Positions 1-9,604 are shown, counted from the stretch's first letter. The stretch is DNA of 60,613 nucleotides from Pseudomonadota bacterium (GCA_052035915.1 JBPOHE010000007.1:1-60613); one strand, 5' to 3'. The notes: generated from the sequence alone by a model not told the origin. Translations and numbers: made by a program.

Positions 1-1
1 C

Positions 2-319
2 GACATCGTCTCAGCCGCCGAGTTTTTGAAGGTCCACCCACAGACTCTCGGACGCCTCGCCCGTTCTGGCGAGGTCCCAGCCTCTCGCATTGGTCGCGCC
101 TGGGTGTTCCTGGAGGATGATCTTGTCACCTTTCTGCGATCGCGCTACTTTCAGCCTGGGCAGGCGCCAGCAACGGCGACTGGAGAAAAACGATGCTCTA
201 CAAACGGAATGGATCGGAGACTTGGTGGACAAGATTCACCCCGCCAGGTGGAACAGAAATACGGCGCTCTACTCGCACTACCGATAAACGGCAGGCGCAG
301 GAGTACGAAGACAAGCTGA
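2..319 (+). CDS. excisionase/AlpA-type helix-turn-helix DNA-binding protein (5' end off-window)
   Basis: ORF is open from the window edge. AAEFLKVHPQTLGRLARSGEVPASRIGRAWVFLEDDLVTFLRSRY fits the excisionase-family HTH pattern (..IPA.KIGR.W.F...L..WL). It lies directly upstream of the integrase. The 127-nt overlap with int is unusually long, so the true 3' end is uncertain. Confidence 0.55.
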   Translation, partial: DIVSAAEFLKVHPQTLGRLARSGEVPASRIGRAWVFLEDDLVTFLRSRYFQPGQAPATATGEKRCSTNGMDRRLGGQDSPRQVEQKYGALLALPINGRRRSTKTS

Positions 320-1242
320 GGTCGGAATACTGGCGGATACGGCAACTCGGCGAGCGTCCAAGGCACACCTGGCCGGAAGCCGTGGTCCGGTGGCTTGAGG
401 AGCAGCCGCCAGGAAAGCCGAGCCTGACTGACGACAAGGCCCGGCTGCGATGGATGGACCCGTGGTTGGGACAAAAACGGCTCGATGAGATCGGGCGGGA
501 CCTGATCGACCGCATGACCAGGACGCGCAAGGCCGAGGGGGTAGCCAATGCCACATGCAACCGAATGCTGGAAGTGTTGCGTGCCATCCTACGGCGAGCG
601 CATAGGGAGTGGGGGTGGATTGATACCATTCCAGCGGTGCGCTTACTGCCGGAGCCAACCAGGAGGATACGGTGGATTACCAGAGAAGAAGCGGACAAGC
701 TCTTGGCCGAACTGCCCGAGCATCTGGCGGAGATGGTGCGGTTCAGCCTCGCCACCGGCCTGCGGGAGGCCAATGTCACCGGCCTGGAGTGGTCACAGGT
801 CGACCTCTCGCGCCGGGTAGCCTGGATACATGCTGATCAGGCCAAAGCGCGTCAACCAATCGGAGTGCCGCTGAACGCGGAGGCGGTGGTGGTGCTGCGG
901 CGCCAGGCAGGGAAGCACCAGACGCGGGTATTCACCTACTGCGGGTCTCCGGTTCTGAAAGCCGGGACCCGGGCGTGGAGACTGGCTATGCAGCGGGCCG
1001 GAATCACAGGATTCCGCTGGCATGACCTTCGGCACACATGGGCGAGCTGGCATGTGCAGGCCGGGACACCGTTGCATGCGCTCCAGGAACTTGGTGGCTG
1101 GCACAGCTATGAGATGGTGTTGAGGTACGCGCACTTGGCCCCAGAGCACCTGGCGGCGCATGCTGAAAAACTGTCTCGACCGCGCGTTTTGGACGCGACC
1201 CGGACAAATTCCGGTACATCATCGGTGGTCATCCAAAAATGA
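193..1242 (+). CDS. tyrosine-type site-specific recombinase (phage integrase family)
   Basis: 349-aa ORF. N-terminus MLYKRNGSETWWTRF is typical of phage integrases. The C-terminal catalytic region is FRWHDLRHTWASWHVQAGTPLHALQELGGWHSYEMVLRYAHL (H-x-x-R ... Y). It ends 42 nt from the 3' end of tRNA-Arg. Confidence 0.9.
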   Translation: MLYKRNGSETWWTRFTPPGGTEIRRSTRTTDKRQAQEYEDKLRSEYWRIRQLGERPRHTWPEAVVRWLEEQPPGKPSLTDDKARLRWMDPWLGQKRLDEIGRDLIDRMTRTRKAEGVANATCNRMLEVLRAILRRAHREWGWIDTIPAVRLLPEPTRRIRWITREEADKLLAELPEHLAEMVRFSLATGLREANVTGLEWSQVDLSRRVAWIHADQAKARQPIGVPLNAEAVVVLRRQAGKHQTRVFTYCGSPVLKAGTRAWRLAMQRAGITGFRWHDLRHTWASWHVQAGTPLHALQELGGWHSYEMVLRYAHLAPEHLAAHAEKLSRPRVLDATRTNSGTSSVVIQK

Positions 1243-1284
1243 CCCTTAAAACTGTCCGTAACGCATTGAAGTACAAATGGATTT

Positions 1285-1361
1285 TGGCGCGCCCGGAGGG
1301 ACTCGAACCCCCGACTCCCAGGTTCGAAGCCTGGTGCTCTATCCAACTGAGCTACGGGCGC
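1285..1361 (-). tRNA. tRNA-Arg (anticodon UCG)
   Basis: Hand-folded 77-nt cloverleaf on the minus strand: GCGCCCG-UA-GCUC-AGUUGGAUA-GAGC-A-CCAGG-CUUCGAA-CCUGG-GAGUC-GGGGG-UUCGAGU-CCCUC-CGGGCGC-G-CCA. The anticodon loop CUUCGAA gives UCG, and CCA is encoded. Confidence 0.85.
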
Positions 1362-1565
1362 TGAAAGGACGTTGTACCAGAGATCACCAGTTGCTGGTTG
1401 CTGGGTACCTCGGGCTTGGCATTGTAAGCCAGGCGCGGCGCGAATGGGTTCAGCAAAACTTATGTAATGTGCTTCTTAAAATTATTTTCTTATGCTGTTC
1501 GGCTTGTATCGCCCAAGCCCGGCGGCCTTGGGCGATCAACCCAGGGTTCCAGGCCGATCCCCGCT

Positions 1566-2747
1566 TCACAACCGACGCTCCAGTACCTCGGCCAGTTCGG
1601 CGTCCGTCAGTTCGATGGGATTGGTCTGCATGCTGCCACCGCGACTCTGAGCCACCACCCGGGGAATGTCGGTGCTGGTCAGGCCGAGAGCGGACAGGCG
1701 GGACAATCCCAGCCGCTTGGTCCAGCGATCCAACTCCTCCACCAAGGCTGTAAGCGCGGCCTCTTGGTTGAGTCCGGCCTGACCGCAAAGCAGGCGTCCC
1801 ACCCGGGCATATTTTTCCACCGCCGGGCTGTATGGCGCCCGCTGCCCCAAAGCGCGGATGTTGATGGCCGTCGCCTCGGCGAGCAGGGTGCCGCATACCA
1901 GGCCATGAGGGATGGGAAAAAAGGCGCCCAGGGGAGAAGCCAAGCCGTGCACCGCACCCAGACCGGTCTGGGCAAGGCAGATGCCGGATTGCAGGGAGCC
2001 ATAGGCGATCCGGGCCCGGCCATCGGGATCGCCTTCCATGGCGGCGTCCAGCCCGGCGCGAAACTGGGTCATCCCCGACCAGGCCAGGGCCTCGGTCATG
2101 GGGTTGGCCCGGATGGAGACGAAGGATTCCAGCAACTGGGTGAAGGCGTCCATGCCCTGGGCGGCCATCAACTCCGGCGGGCAACCGGCGAGCAACTCCG
2201 GATCGACGATAGCGACCTGGGCCACCAGGGCCTCATGGCGGAAGGATTTTTTGAAGCCATCGGCACCACGTAGACTAAGCACCGCGTTCTTGGTGGCCTC
2301 GCTGCCGGTGCCCGCGGTGGTGGGCACGGCGACGAAAGGCGTCGATGGCCCCTGGTAAGGGACCCCGCGACCAACCCCTTCCAGATGATCCATCACCGAA
2401 GTTGTATGGGGCAACAGCCCGGCGATCGCCTTGGCGGCATCGAGCACACTGCCACCGCCGACGCCCAGGACCACCCGGGGTGACCAGGGACGAAAGGTCT
2501 CCAGCGCCTGATCCACCAATTCCGGCGAGGGCTCGTCGCTGACCTGGGTCAGGCGCCAGGAGATACCCCGCGCCTCCAGACCGGCCATCATAGGGGCCCA
2601 AGCCAGGGAAGCCGGAAAGGAACGTGCCCCGGTGACGATCAACAGCCGCTCGCCGAAGGCCGCCACCTGCGCGGGGATCTCCCGCACCCGTCCGGCACCG
2701 AAGAGAAGGCGCGGCAGACGGGCGAAATCGAAGCCGGGCAGGATCAC
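1566..2747 (-). CDS. iron-containing (group III) alcohol dehydrogenase family protein
   Basis: 393-aa ORF with Fe-ADH family features: GGGSVLDAAKAIA nucleotide loop, AVPTTAGTGSEAT, and a His-rich metal site near GAVHGLASPLG. Confidence 0.85.
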   Translation of the reverse strand: MILPGFDFARLPRLLFGAGRVREIPAQVAAFGERLLIVTGARSFPASLAWAPMMAGLEARGISWRLTQVSDEPSPELVDQALETFRPWSPRVVLGVGGGSVLDAAKAIAGLLPHTTSVMDHLEGVGRGVPYQGPSTPFVAVPTTAGTGSEATKNAVLSLRGADGFKKSFRHEALVAQVAIVDPELLAGCPPELMAAQGMDAFTQLLESFVSIRANPMTEALAWSGMTQFRAGLDAAMEGDPDGRARIAYGSLQSGICLAQTGLGAVHGLASPLGAFFPIPHGLVCGTLLAEATAINIRALGQRAPYSPAVEKYARVGRLLCGQAGLNQEAALTALVEELDRWTKRLGLSRLSALGLTSTDIPRVVAQSRGGSMQTNPIELTDAELAEVLERRL

Positions 2748-3046
2748 GTCGATTCCCGGGGAAACAGGGCCTGGTAAGGAACCCCCTGTCGCGGTTCGGC
2801 CATCATCCCGGCCACCGCATCGCGCCAGGCGAGGTAATGGGCCGTTTCTTTGTGCGCCTTGGCGGAAGCGGCATCCACATAGGCCTCGTAGAGGATGAAG
2901 CGGGTCGGATCCTGGGGATCCTGCAACACATCGAAGCGCCGGTTGCCCGGTTCGCGCACCGAGGACTCGTGATTGAGCCGGGTCGCCTCGATGAAGGCCG
3001 CCACCTGCTCGGGTTTGACATGGACATGGACCAAGGTGACCTGCAT
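2744..3046 (-). CDS. antibiotic-biosynthesis-monooxygenase (ABM/LsrG-like) domain protein
   Basis: Start trimmed to the ATG at 3046 (MQVTLVHVHVKPEQVAAFIEAT...), giving 100 aa. This is the ferredoxin-like ABM pattern. A 4-nt overlap with the downstream ADH gene suggests an operon. Confidence 0.7.
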   Translation of the reverse strand: MQVTLVHVHVKPEQVAAFIEATRLNHESSVREPGNRRFDVLQDPQDPTRFILYEAYVDAASAKAHKETAHYLAWRDAVAGMMAEPRQGVPYQALFPREST

Positions 3047-3101
3047 GCTCTGTCTCCGGAATGGGGTTGAAACACTCATGGAACCGGGGCGACGGCCTGG
3101 C

Positions 3102-4283
3102 TCAGCCGTTACAGCCGACAACCTTGAACTCCACCCGCCTGTCGATGGCGTCGCGCTCATCGTTAGTACCTGTGCCGATGATGTTCTCCGTATAGCCCAG
3201 GCCCTCGGTGCGGATCTTTCTGGAACTCTCACTGGCCTCGGCCCGCAGGAGTTCCATCAATCGCTCGGCCCGCTTGAGCGAGAGCTTTTTATTATGCTCC
3301 TCGCTTCCCGAACGGCTGGCATGGCCCACGATGGTGATGCAGGAACCCGATTCCGCGATCCTTTTGGCGATCTGACGCATCCAGATCGAATATTCCGGCA
3401 GTTTGTTGTTCTTGAAAAAGTCGGTCTTGTTGACCTCGAAGAGGAATTTCACGCTGATATTCCCGGCCTGCAACCCCAACTTGGTCAGGCTGGCGAAGGC
3501 CTCTTCCGCCTCCGGCATCATTCCCAGCCGATAGAAGCATTGATAGAGTCCCGAATAGGTCTTCATCACCTGTCCATCGTCCCGTTCCGCCGCCTTGGCG
3601 AACAACCCCAGTGCCCGCCGATAATCATTCTTGTCATAGGCCGCGCTGGCCTCGTCCAGCAAGGCATTGGTGGCCAGGGTATCGAAATATTCCCTGTTCG
3701 CCATGCTGCCAGCCGCCGCCCGGGCGGTGGCGATCAGGGCATCCACCCGTTTGTCTTTGATATACATGGGGCTGTCCCGATACATGGGGGTGGGCTCGAA
3801 CTCCAACTTGGCATTGGAGATCCAGGCATCCGAATGGGCCACCACCTGGCCCGATTTGGTATTCACGATGGAGACCGTCAAGTGGGGCAACTTGGCGGCC
3901 TCGCCCCGATAGTGTTCCAGTTGCATGATGCCGCTGACGACATAGGCGGCCCTGGCAAGGTTCTCCGAGGTCATCTCCTGCAATAGGAAGCGGGGCATCT
4001 TCATCCGTGCCTGGGCCGAGATCAGTTTCTCGATGTTGCGGCTGGTGCTGGTAACCTCGCCGGTATCGGCATCGATCACCGGATCAATGACAAAAACCGC
4101 CTCCTGTTCCTTCAACTTTTCCATCAGGCTGTGCTGCTCGCTGACCTGACGGAACAGATCATCCGCCATGATGCGCACCGCCGCCTCGAACGGCAGCGGC
4201 GTGGGGCGGTACCCCCGGGGGGAGACACAGGCCGACAGGATCAGAAACAGCATCAACAAGAGAGGCAATTTATAGGTTTTCAT
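3102..4283 (-). CDS. OmpA-family lipoprotein with TPR-like middle region
   Basis: Start chosen at MKTYKLPLLLMLFLILSAC (lipobox L-S-A-C). The C-terminal OmpA-like domain is TIVGHASRSGSEEHNKKLSLKRAERL...RRVEFKVV. The middle region is helical-repeat (YDKNDYRRALGLFAKAAE...). Alternative ATGs lie at 4289 and 4298. Confidence 0.8.
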   Translation of the reverse strand: MKTYKLPLLLMLFLILSACVSPRGYRPTPLPFEAAVRIMADDLFRQVSEQHSLMEKLKEQEAVFVIDPVIDADTGEVTSTSRNIEKLISAQARMKMPRFLLQEMTSENLARAAYVVSGIMQLEHYRGEAAKLPHLTVSIVNTKSGQVVAHSDAWISNAKLEFEPTPMYRDSPMYIKDKRVDALIATARAAAGSMANREYFDTLATNALLDEASAAYDKNDYRRALGLFAKAAERDDGQVMKTYSGLYQCFYRLGMMPEAEEAFASLTKLGLQAGNISVKFLFEVNKTDFFKNNKLPEYSIWMRQIAKRIAESGSCITIVGHASRSGSEEHNKKLSLKRAERLMELLRAEASESSRKIRTEGLGYTENIIGTGTNDERDAIDRRVEFKVVGCNG

Positions 4284-4408
4284 TTCCATGGTCCGCATGA
4301 CTTCAGAGTGTTGTTCAGGCATCAAGGTAGAGAGGGAACTCAGAGTTTGGGAAAATTTCTGCTGCGCTTGCCAATACTTGGTCGCTCGCGAGGATTTTTC
4401 ACCAACTC

Positions 4409-5611
4409 TCAGTTTCCACATTCGCGACGGTATTCTCCGGCGCCAATCATTCCATCCTGGAAGCGCTCCAATAAGCCCCGACAGCGTGCCGACATTCCAC
4501 CCGCAGACGCTTTCGGCTGAGCAGCGGTGACGAGGGGAGCGGGTTTGAATCTCGGCTGAGCCTGGGAGACGGCCTTCACCGCCGGCTTGGATTGCGCCAC
4601 CATCGTTTCCGGCGCCTTGGATTTTGCTTTTTCCCCAGCCCCGGCGATGGGCTGGGGGGCAAGCGGCTTCGCGGCTACCGAGGGGGGCAAGGGGGCCGTA
4701 GGGGGTGTCGGAGATACAGTCGGAGTCACGGGCTGTGTCTCGATTTTCGCCAGAGCACTACAGCCGGCGAAGCAGAATTCCCCTTTCAACGAGGTGTTCT
4801 CCCAGGGCACCTGGCCGCCCTGGCTCTCCTCGACCACGGCCTCCCGCACCGACTTGAACATGGCCTCCACCGTCAGGCCGGGTTGGGCCAGGAAACGCAA
4901 CAGGTGCTTGGTATAGAGCCCGTTCGCACCGCCACCATCGGCGGCCACACCGCCCGGGGCCGTGGCATAGGCGATGAGAGACCCCACAGGTCCGCTCAGG
5001 GCGGTCAGACCCCTGTTGGTACCGCTGCGAAAGCCTTTGAAGGGATTATCCCGACAGGCATCCAGGATGAGGATGGTAACCCGGGTTCCCGCCTGTTCCG
5101 CCGCTTCGAAGACCACCCCCACATCGAGGGCGCGGTTGCGGAGTTCGGTCTTGCTGGCAATACGGGCCTGCACCGGGATCAGATAATTGTTGCCATCCGC
5201 CTGCACGCCATGGCCGGAATAGTAGAACAACCCGACGCTGTCCTTCCCGAGTCGCCGCCCGAACTCGCGCACGGCCTCTTCCATGCCGGACTGATCCGCA
5301 TTCTCGCGATAGATGACCTGGAAGCCCAGTGTTTCCAGCACCACCTTCAGGGCACGGGCATCATTGACGGGATTTCGCAACGGCGATTCTTCGTAGGTCT
5401 GATTGCCGATCACCAGGGCCAGTCGTTGCTCTTCCTGCACCCGCTTGAAGCCCCGGGTTTCACTGGGGATCGGCGCCGTCGGGGCCTGGTTTCCTTCGGC
5501 GCCAAAGATCGGTTTTGACAGGATCGCACCCAGAACGGTCAGCAACAATCCTGCCCACATCCACTTGTTCGGTCTATCCAGGGGACCGGCCATCCAACCC
5601 GCGAGATTCAA
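4409..5611 (-). CDS. caspase-family (peptidase C14) protein with N-terminal signal/anchor and Pro/Ala-rich C-terminal tail
   Basis: The His-Cys dyad context is conserved: LFYYSGHGVQADGNNYLIP and ILILDACRDNPF. The hydrophobic N-terminus is WMWAGLLLTVLGAILSKPIFGA. The C-terminal 120 aa are low-complexity P/A/K-rich. Confidence 0.8.
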   Translation of the reverse strand: MNLAGWMAGPLDRPNKWMWAGLLLTVLGAILSKPIFGAEGNQAPTAPIPSETRGFKRVQEEQRLALVIGNQTYEESPLRNPVNDARALKVVLETLGFQVIYRENADQSGMEEAVREFGRRLGKDSVGLFYYSGHGVQADGNNYLIPVQARIASKTELRNRALDVGVVFEAAEQAGTRVTILILDACRDNPFKGFRSGTNRGLTALSGPVGSLIAYATAPGGVAADGGGANGLYTKHLLRFLAQPGLTVEAMFKSVREAVVEESQGGQVPWENTSLKGEFCFAGCSALAKIETQPVTPTVSPTPPTAPLPPSVAAKPLAPQPIAGAGEKAKSKAPETMVAQSKPAVKAVSQAQPRFKPAPLVTAAQPKASAGGMSARCRGLLERFQDGMIGAGEYRRECGN

Positions 5612-5798
5612 ACAGCAGGCCCTCCATCAGCCTGGTTAATCAAGGGTTAAGCGCCTTCGATACCTTGGTCCAAGTATCGGCTCATAATCATAAATTCCCC
5701 AAGGTATCTTATCTATTCTATTTTCAGTGCTTCAACGGGTCGGCCCCTTACCTATCGGCTGCTTCCAATTCGTCCGCGGCTTCCATGGTCGGCTGGTT

Positions 5799-6287
5799 TC
5801 ACGAACCGGTCTCGGCCACGGCCTCGAGAAACGCATACACCAATCGATAGGTCCCTGGACGCCGACTCTCCCGGGGACCGGCGATGTTGAGTTGCGCGAT
5901 CCGATGGGTCTCGAGCCAGTCCAGCGTCCGCCGAACCGACAGGGAATCAGGACCGGCCTCGAGTTGCAGGACCAAACAGGGCCGTCCCAAGGCTTCGGCG
6001 AGAGTCAGGGTCTCCAGCGTGCCACCATCCAGGGCGCCCAGATTGAGGATGAGGGTGCCGTCGCTGTCCAGGACGTTGCGCCTGGTGCGGTCGATATACC
6101 TGGATGTCGGCATCTCGCGCAGGTTGTAGCGCGGCGGGATGGGGCCATCCTCGGCCAGGCGTCCCCGGGGACACCAGCCGCCATGGGCTAGGCCACGGTC
6201 GATGGCCCAATCCAGGGCGGCACGGTCGGCGCCGCTCTGGCCGCCCGATACTATCCGATCGACTCGTCCGAGCCTGTCCGACCTCAT
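5799..6287 (-). CDS. SLOG-superfamily protein (YpsA / 'putative molybdenum carrier' family)
   Basis: IVSGGQSGADRAALDWAIDRGLAHGGWCPRGR is the hallmark N-terminal motif of this family. Start set at the ATG at 6287 (MRSDRLG), 5 nt after the ovoA stop. The longer 6311 start would overlap ovoA. Confidence 0.7.
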   Translation of the reverse strand: MRSDRLGRVDRIVSGGQSGADRAALDWAIDRGLAHGGWCPRGRLAEDGPIPPRYNLREMPTSRYIDRTRRNVLDSDGTLILNLGALDGGTLETLTLAEALGRPCLVLQLEAGPDSLSVRRTLDWLETHRIAQLNIAGPRESRRPGTYRLVYAFLEAVAETGS

Positions 6288-6292
6288 CTCGA

Positions 6293-8425
6293 TCAGTCCA
6301 GTCGCTCCCATACCGTGAGTTCGGCCAGGCTGTGCTGGAACTTGCGTTTGGTCTCCCGGATCACGAAGGGGACATCCCTGGGTTCACCGACGAGACGGAA
6401 CCGCCGGCCGAGGATCTCGCTCATGGCGTCCAGGGTGGTCAGATTCTCCCCGTCCTTTTTGAAGCCGCCGATCCATTCGTCGCGCTCGGTGTGCTCGATC
6501 AGCCAGGTGTAGGGGGAACTGATCACCAGCAGACCGCCCGGGCGGAGACGTTCGTGGATGCCGGCCAGGAATCGGCGCGGACTGTAGAGCCGATCGATCA
6601 GATTACCAGCGAAGATAAGGTCATAGTCGGCGTAGATCGGCTTGAGATTGCAGGCATCGGCCTGGAAGAACTCGACCCTGGATTCGCTGCCCACCAGTCC
6701 CGTCTCGCTCAGGCGGCTTTCGTGGTAGGACACCAGCTCTCCCTCCTCCGGCAACACATACTGGATGTAGCCCTTGGATTTCATCTCCTCGGCGATGCGG
6801 ATGAAACGCGCCGAAAAATCCAGACCCGTAACCCGGGCGAAGCCGGTCGCCAGCTCGAAGCTGGTGCGTCCCAGGGCACAGCCTATGTCCAACGCCCGCT
6901 CCCGAGGGCGATCCCGCATCAGCTCGAGGCAGAGGCGGGCACATTCCCGCGGATAATTGGCGACGCCGAAATACTCCCGGCCCCAGTGCAACTCGCAATA
7001 CTGGGCCACCAGCACATCGGTCTCGTAATAGTCGCTACGGACCCTGACCTGATGCTCCGACTCCAGATAACGAAATCCGGCATGCTGGAAAAAATGCCGC
7101 CGGAAGGCATAGCGCGCATCCTTGGTCGCCTCGTTGCCGGTGGAGATCCAGGAACCGCCCTTGATCAGGTTGTGCTTGGTGTCGAAGGTCGGGGTGGAAA
7201 AGTCGTCGTAGAGGGGATGCACCCGGAAACCCGGAAAGCCGTTGATGGGGGTCTCGGTCCACTGCCAGACATTACCGACGACATCGTAAAAAGGTCCCTG
7301 GGGAAACTCGTCCACCGGACAGGCCGAGGCCCAGTGTTCGAGATTGATATTCCCCGGCGCGCCCCGCCAGCCGTCCACATCCGGTAGGCCGCTGAGTTCC
7401 CGCAGGCGATACCACTCCTCCTCGGTGGGCAGCCGGATCGGCTTGTCCCGGCGCGCGCCGAACCAGTTGCAGAAGGCCTTGGCCTCCAGATAGTTGACCT
7501 CAACCGGCCAATTCCAGGGCATGGGGATTTCCTCCAGCATCAGCCGCAGACGCCAATCGCCAGTCGGCTGGGGGCGCCAGAACAGGGGATGCTCGGCTTG
7601 GCGATAGCCGCGCCAGGCCCAACCTTCCTCGGTCCACCAACGGGATTCGCGATAGCCGCCATCCTCGACAAAACCCAGGTATTCGGCATTGGAGACCAAA
7701 TAACGACCGGCTCGGAAGGCCGCTATCTCCTGTTCCAGTTGGCCGTATTCGTTGTCCCAGCCGTAGAAGGGGTGATCCTTGGCCTTGCCGAGCCGGAGGA
7801 TTCCGGCGGGCACCTCGACCAAGTCATTCGGCGGTGCCTCGCCGACCTTGGGACAGACGCGCCAGAAAGGATCCGGGCGCAGCCATTCCAAGGGCAACTG
7901 CCGGATGAGCACGGAGGAGGTTTCGAGGTGGATGCGCTCGTGCTCGATACCCATCATGATGGCCCAGAACGGCGAGTCCCAATCGATGGGCAGACTCAAG
8001 GGTAATTCCCGGATGACCCGGTCCAGGGTTTGACGCACCTCTTGCCGATAGGCCCAGACCTCGGCCACCGAGGGCCAGTCGTAATGGGCCTCGTTGAGAT
8101 CGTCCCAGGACATCTCGTCCACCCCTACCGCGAAGATGGACTCGAATCTCGGGTTGATACGCTCGGACAGCCGCTTCGCCAGCACCAGTTTGTTGATAAA
8201 AAACACCGCGGTGTGACCGAGGTAGAAAATGAGCGGGTGACGCAGGAGATCCGCCTTGCGATAGTAGGCCTCATCCCTGGCCAGGGTGGCGAAGAGCCGT
8301 TCGTAGATATCGAAGCTGGCGTGGAAATAGCGGCGGATGCTTTCCCGCTTGGCGTCGGGATCTCCCGAACGCAGGTCGGGCGTATAGGCGGGTTCGAGGT
8401 CTAATGACATGATCAATTCTCGCAA
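6293..8425 (-). CDS. ovoA: 5-histidylcysteine sulfoxide synthase / 4-mercaptohistidine N1-methyltransferase (ovothiol biosynthesis)
   Basis: 710 aa with the three-part OvoA architecture. It has a DinB-like N-terminus (HPLIFYLGHTAVFFINKL), an FGE-sulfatase-like middle (GNVWQWTETP) and a C-terminal class I SAM methyltransferase (ALDIGCALGRTSFELA). Confidence 0.85.
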   Translation of the reverse strand: MRELIMSLDLEPAYTPDLRSGDPDAKRESIRRYFHASFDIYERLFATLARDEAYYRKADLLRHPLIFYLGHTAVFFINKLVLAKRLSERINPRFESIFAVGVDEMSWDDLNEAHYDWPSVAEVWAYRQEVRQTLDRVIRELPLSLPIDWDSPFWAIMMGIEHERIHLETSSVLIRQLPLEWLRPDPFWRVCPKVGEAPPNDLVEVPAGILRLGKAKDHPFYGWDNEYGQLEQEIAAFRAGRYLVSNAEYLGFVEDGGYRESRWWTEEGWAWRGYRQAEHPLFWRPQPTGDWRLRLMLEEIPMPWNWPVEVNYLEAKAFCNWFGARRDKPIRLPTEEEWYRLRELSGLPDVDGWRGAPGNINLEHWASACPVDEFPQGPFYDVVGNVWQWTETPINGFPGFRVHPLYDDFSTPTFDTKHNLIKGGSWISTGNEATKDARYAFRRHFFQHAGFRYLESEHQVRVRSDYYETDVLVAQYCELHWGREYFGVANYPRECARLCLELMRDRPRERALDIGCALGRTSFELATGFARVTGLDFSARFIRIAEEMKSKGYIQYVLPEEGELVSYHESRLSETGLVGSESRVEFFQADACNLKPIYADYDLIFAGNLIDRLYSPRRFLAGIHERLRPGGLLVISSPYTWLIEHTERDEWIGGFKKDGENLTTLDAMSEILGRRFRLVGEPRDVPFVIRETKRKFQHSLAELTVWERLD

Positions 8426-8608
8426 AGGGCCGCTGTCGGGCGATCCGCTGGCGGCTTCAAGTGTAGCGACGATTCTAAGCCGTCCATCCTGATCGGTGAA
8501 ACACCCATCGAGGGCAACAACGCCCTTATTCCGCTGAGAAATATTTGCCTGGATCTGGCCTGGGAACTAGAGTCAGAGTAAAGAACCTCCCCCATCAGGA
8601 GCCGGCCC

Positions 8609-9604
8609 ATGCGCACCCGTCGTCTCGGTAACACGGACCTCCAGCTTTCCTGCATCGGCCTGGGAACCTGGGCCATCGGTGGTCCCTGGGACTTCGGTTG
8701 GGGGCCGCAATCGGACGAGGATTCGATCTCCACCATACGTCGGGCGCTGGACCTGGGCGTCAATTGGATCGACACCGCCCCCGTCTACGGTCTCGGGCAC
8801 GCCGAACTGGTCGTGGGCCGGGCCATCAACGGACGACGCGACAAGGTCATCATCGCCACCAAATGCGGTCTGGTGTGGGACGAATGCCCCCAGCGCAAGT
8901 TATGCGGCCGACTCAAGGCGGAAAGCATCAAGCGGGAGGCGGAAAACAGCCTGCGACGGCTGGGTATCGAGACCATCGACCTCTATCAGGTCCACTGGCC
9001 GAATCCCGAACCCGATATCGAAGAGGCTTGGTCGGCCATCGGGGAGCTGATCGCCGAGGGCAAGATCCGTTATGCCGGGGTCGCCAACTTCTCCGTGGCC
9101 CAGATGGAACGACTTCAAGCCATCCACCCCATCGCCTCCCTGCAACCGCCTTACAGCCTGCTGGATCGGGCCGTCGAGAGCGAATTGCTGCCCTATTGCG
9201 TAGCCCAGGGTATCGGCATCGTGGCCCACGGCCCCATGGCCTATGCCCTCTTGACCGGGAAGTTCAGCCACTCCTATATCGCCACCCTGCCCGCCGACGA
9301 CTGGCGCCGTCGGGGCGGTTGCTTCCAGGAACCCGAACTCAGCGCCAACCTGGCGTTCGTCGACAAGCTCAAGACCCTCGCCGAACGCCGCGGCCATCAG
9401 GTGGCCCATCTCGCCATCGCCTGGGTGCTGCGCCGACCCGAGGTGACCGCCGCCATCGTCGGCGCGCGTCGCCCCCAGCAGATCGAACAAACCCATGCCG
9501 CCGCCTCTCTGGATTGGCTGCCGGAAGATCTGGAGACCATTGAGGCCTGGCTGGCCGAGCGGGATCGGATCATCAGCACCCATATAGCCTGCTCCCCGGT
9601 GTGA
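8609..9604 (+). CDS. aldo/keto reductase
   Basis: 331 aa with typical AKR motifs: LGTWAIGG, GVNWIDTAPVYG, IDLYQVHWP. Confidence 0.9.
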   Translation: MRTRRLGNTDLQLSCIGLGTWAIGGPWDFGWGPQSDEDSISTIRRALDLGVNWIDTAPVYGLGHAELVVGRAINGRRDKVIIATKCGLVWDECPQRKLCGRLKAESIKREAENSLRRLGIETIDLYQVHWPNPEPDIEEAWSAIGELIAEGKIRYAGVANFSVAQMERLQAIHPIASLQPPYSLLDRAVESELLPYCVAQGIGIVAHGPMAYALLTGKFSHSYIATLPADDWRRRGGCFQEPELSANLAFVDKLKTLAERRGHQVAHLAIAWVLRRPEVTAAIVGARRPQQIEQTHAAASLDWLPEDLETIEAWLAERDRIISTHIACSPV

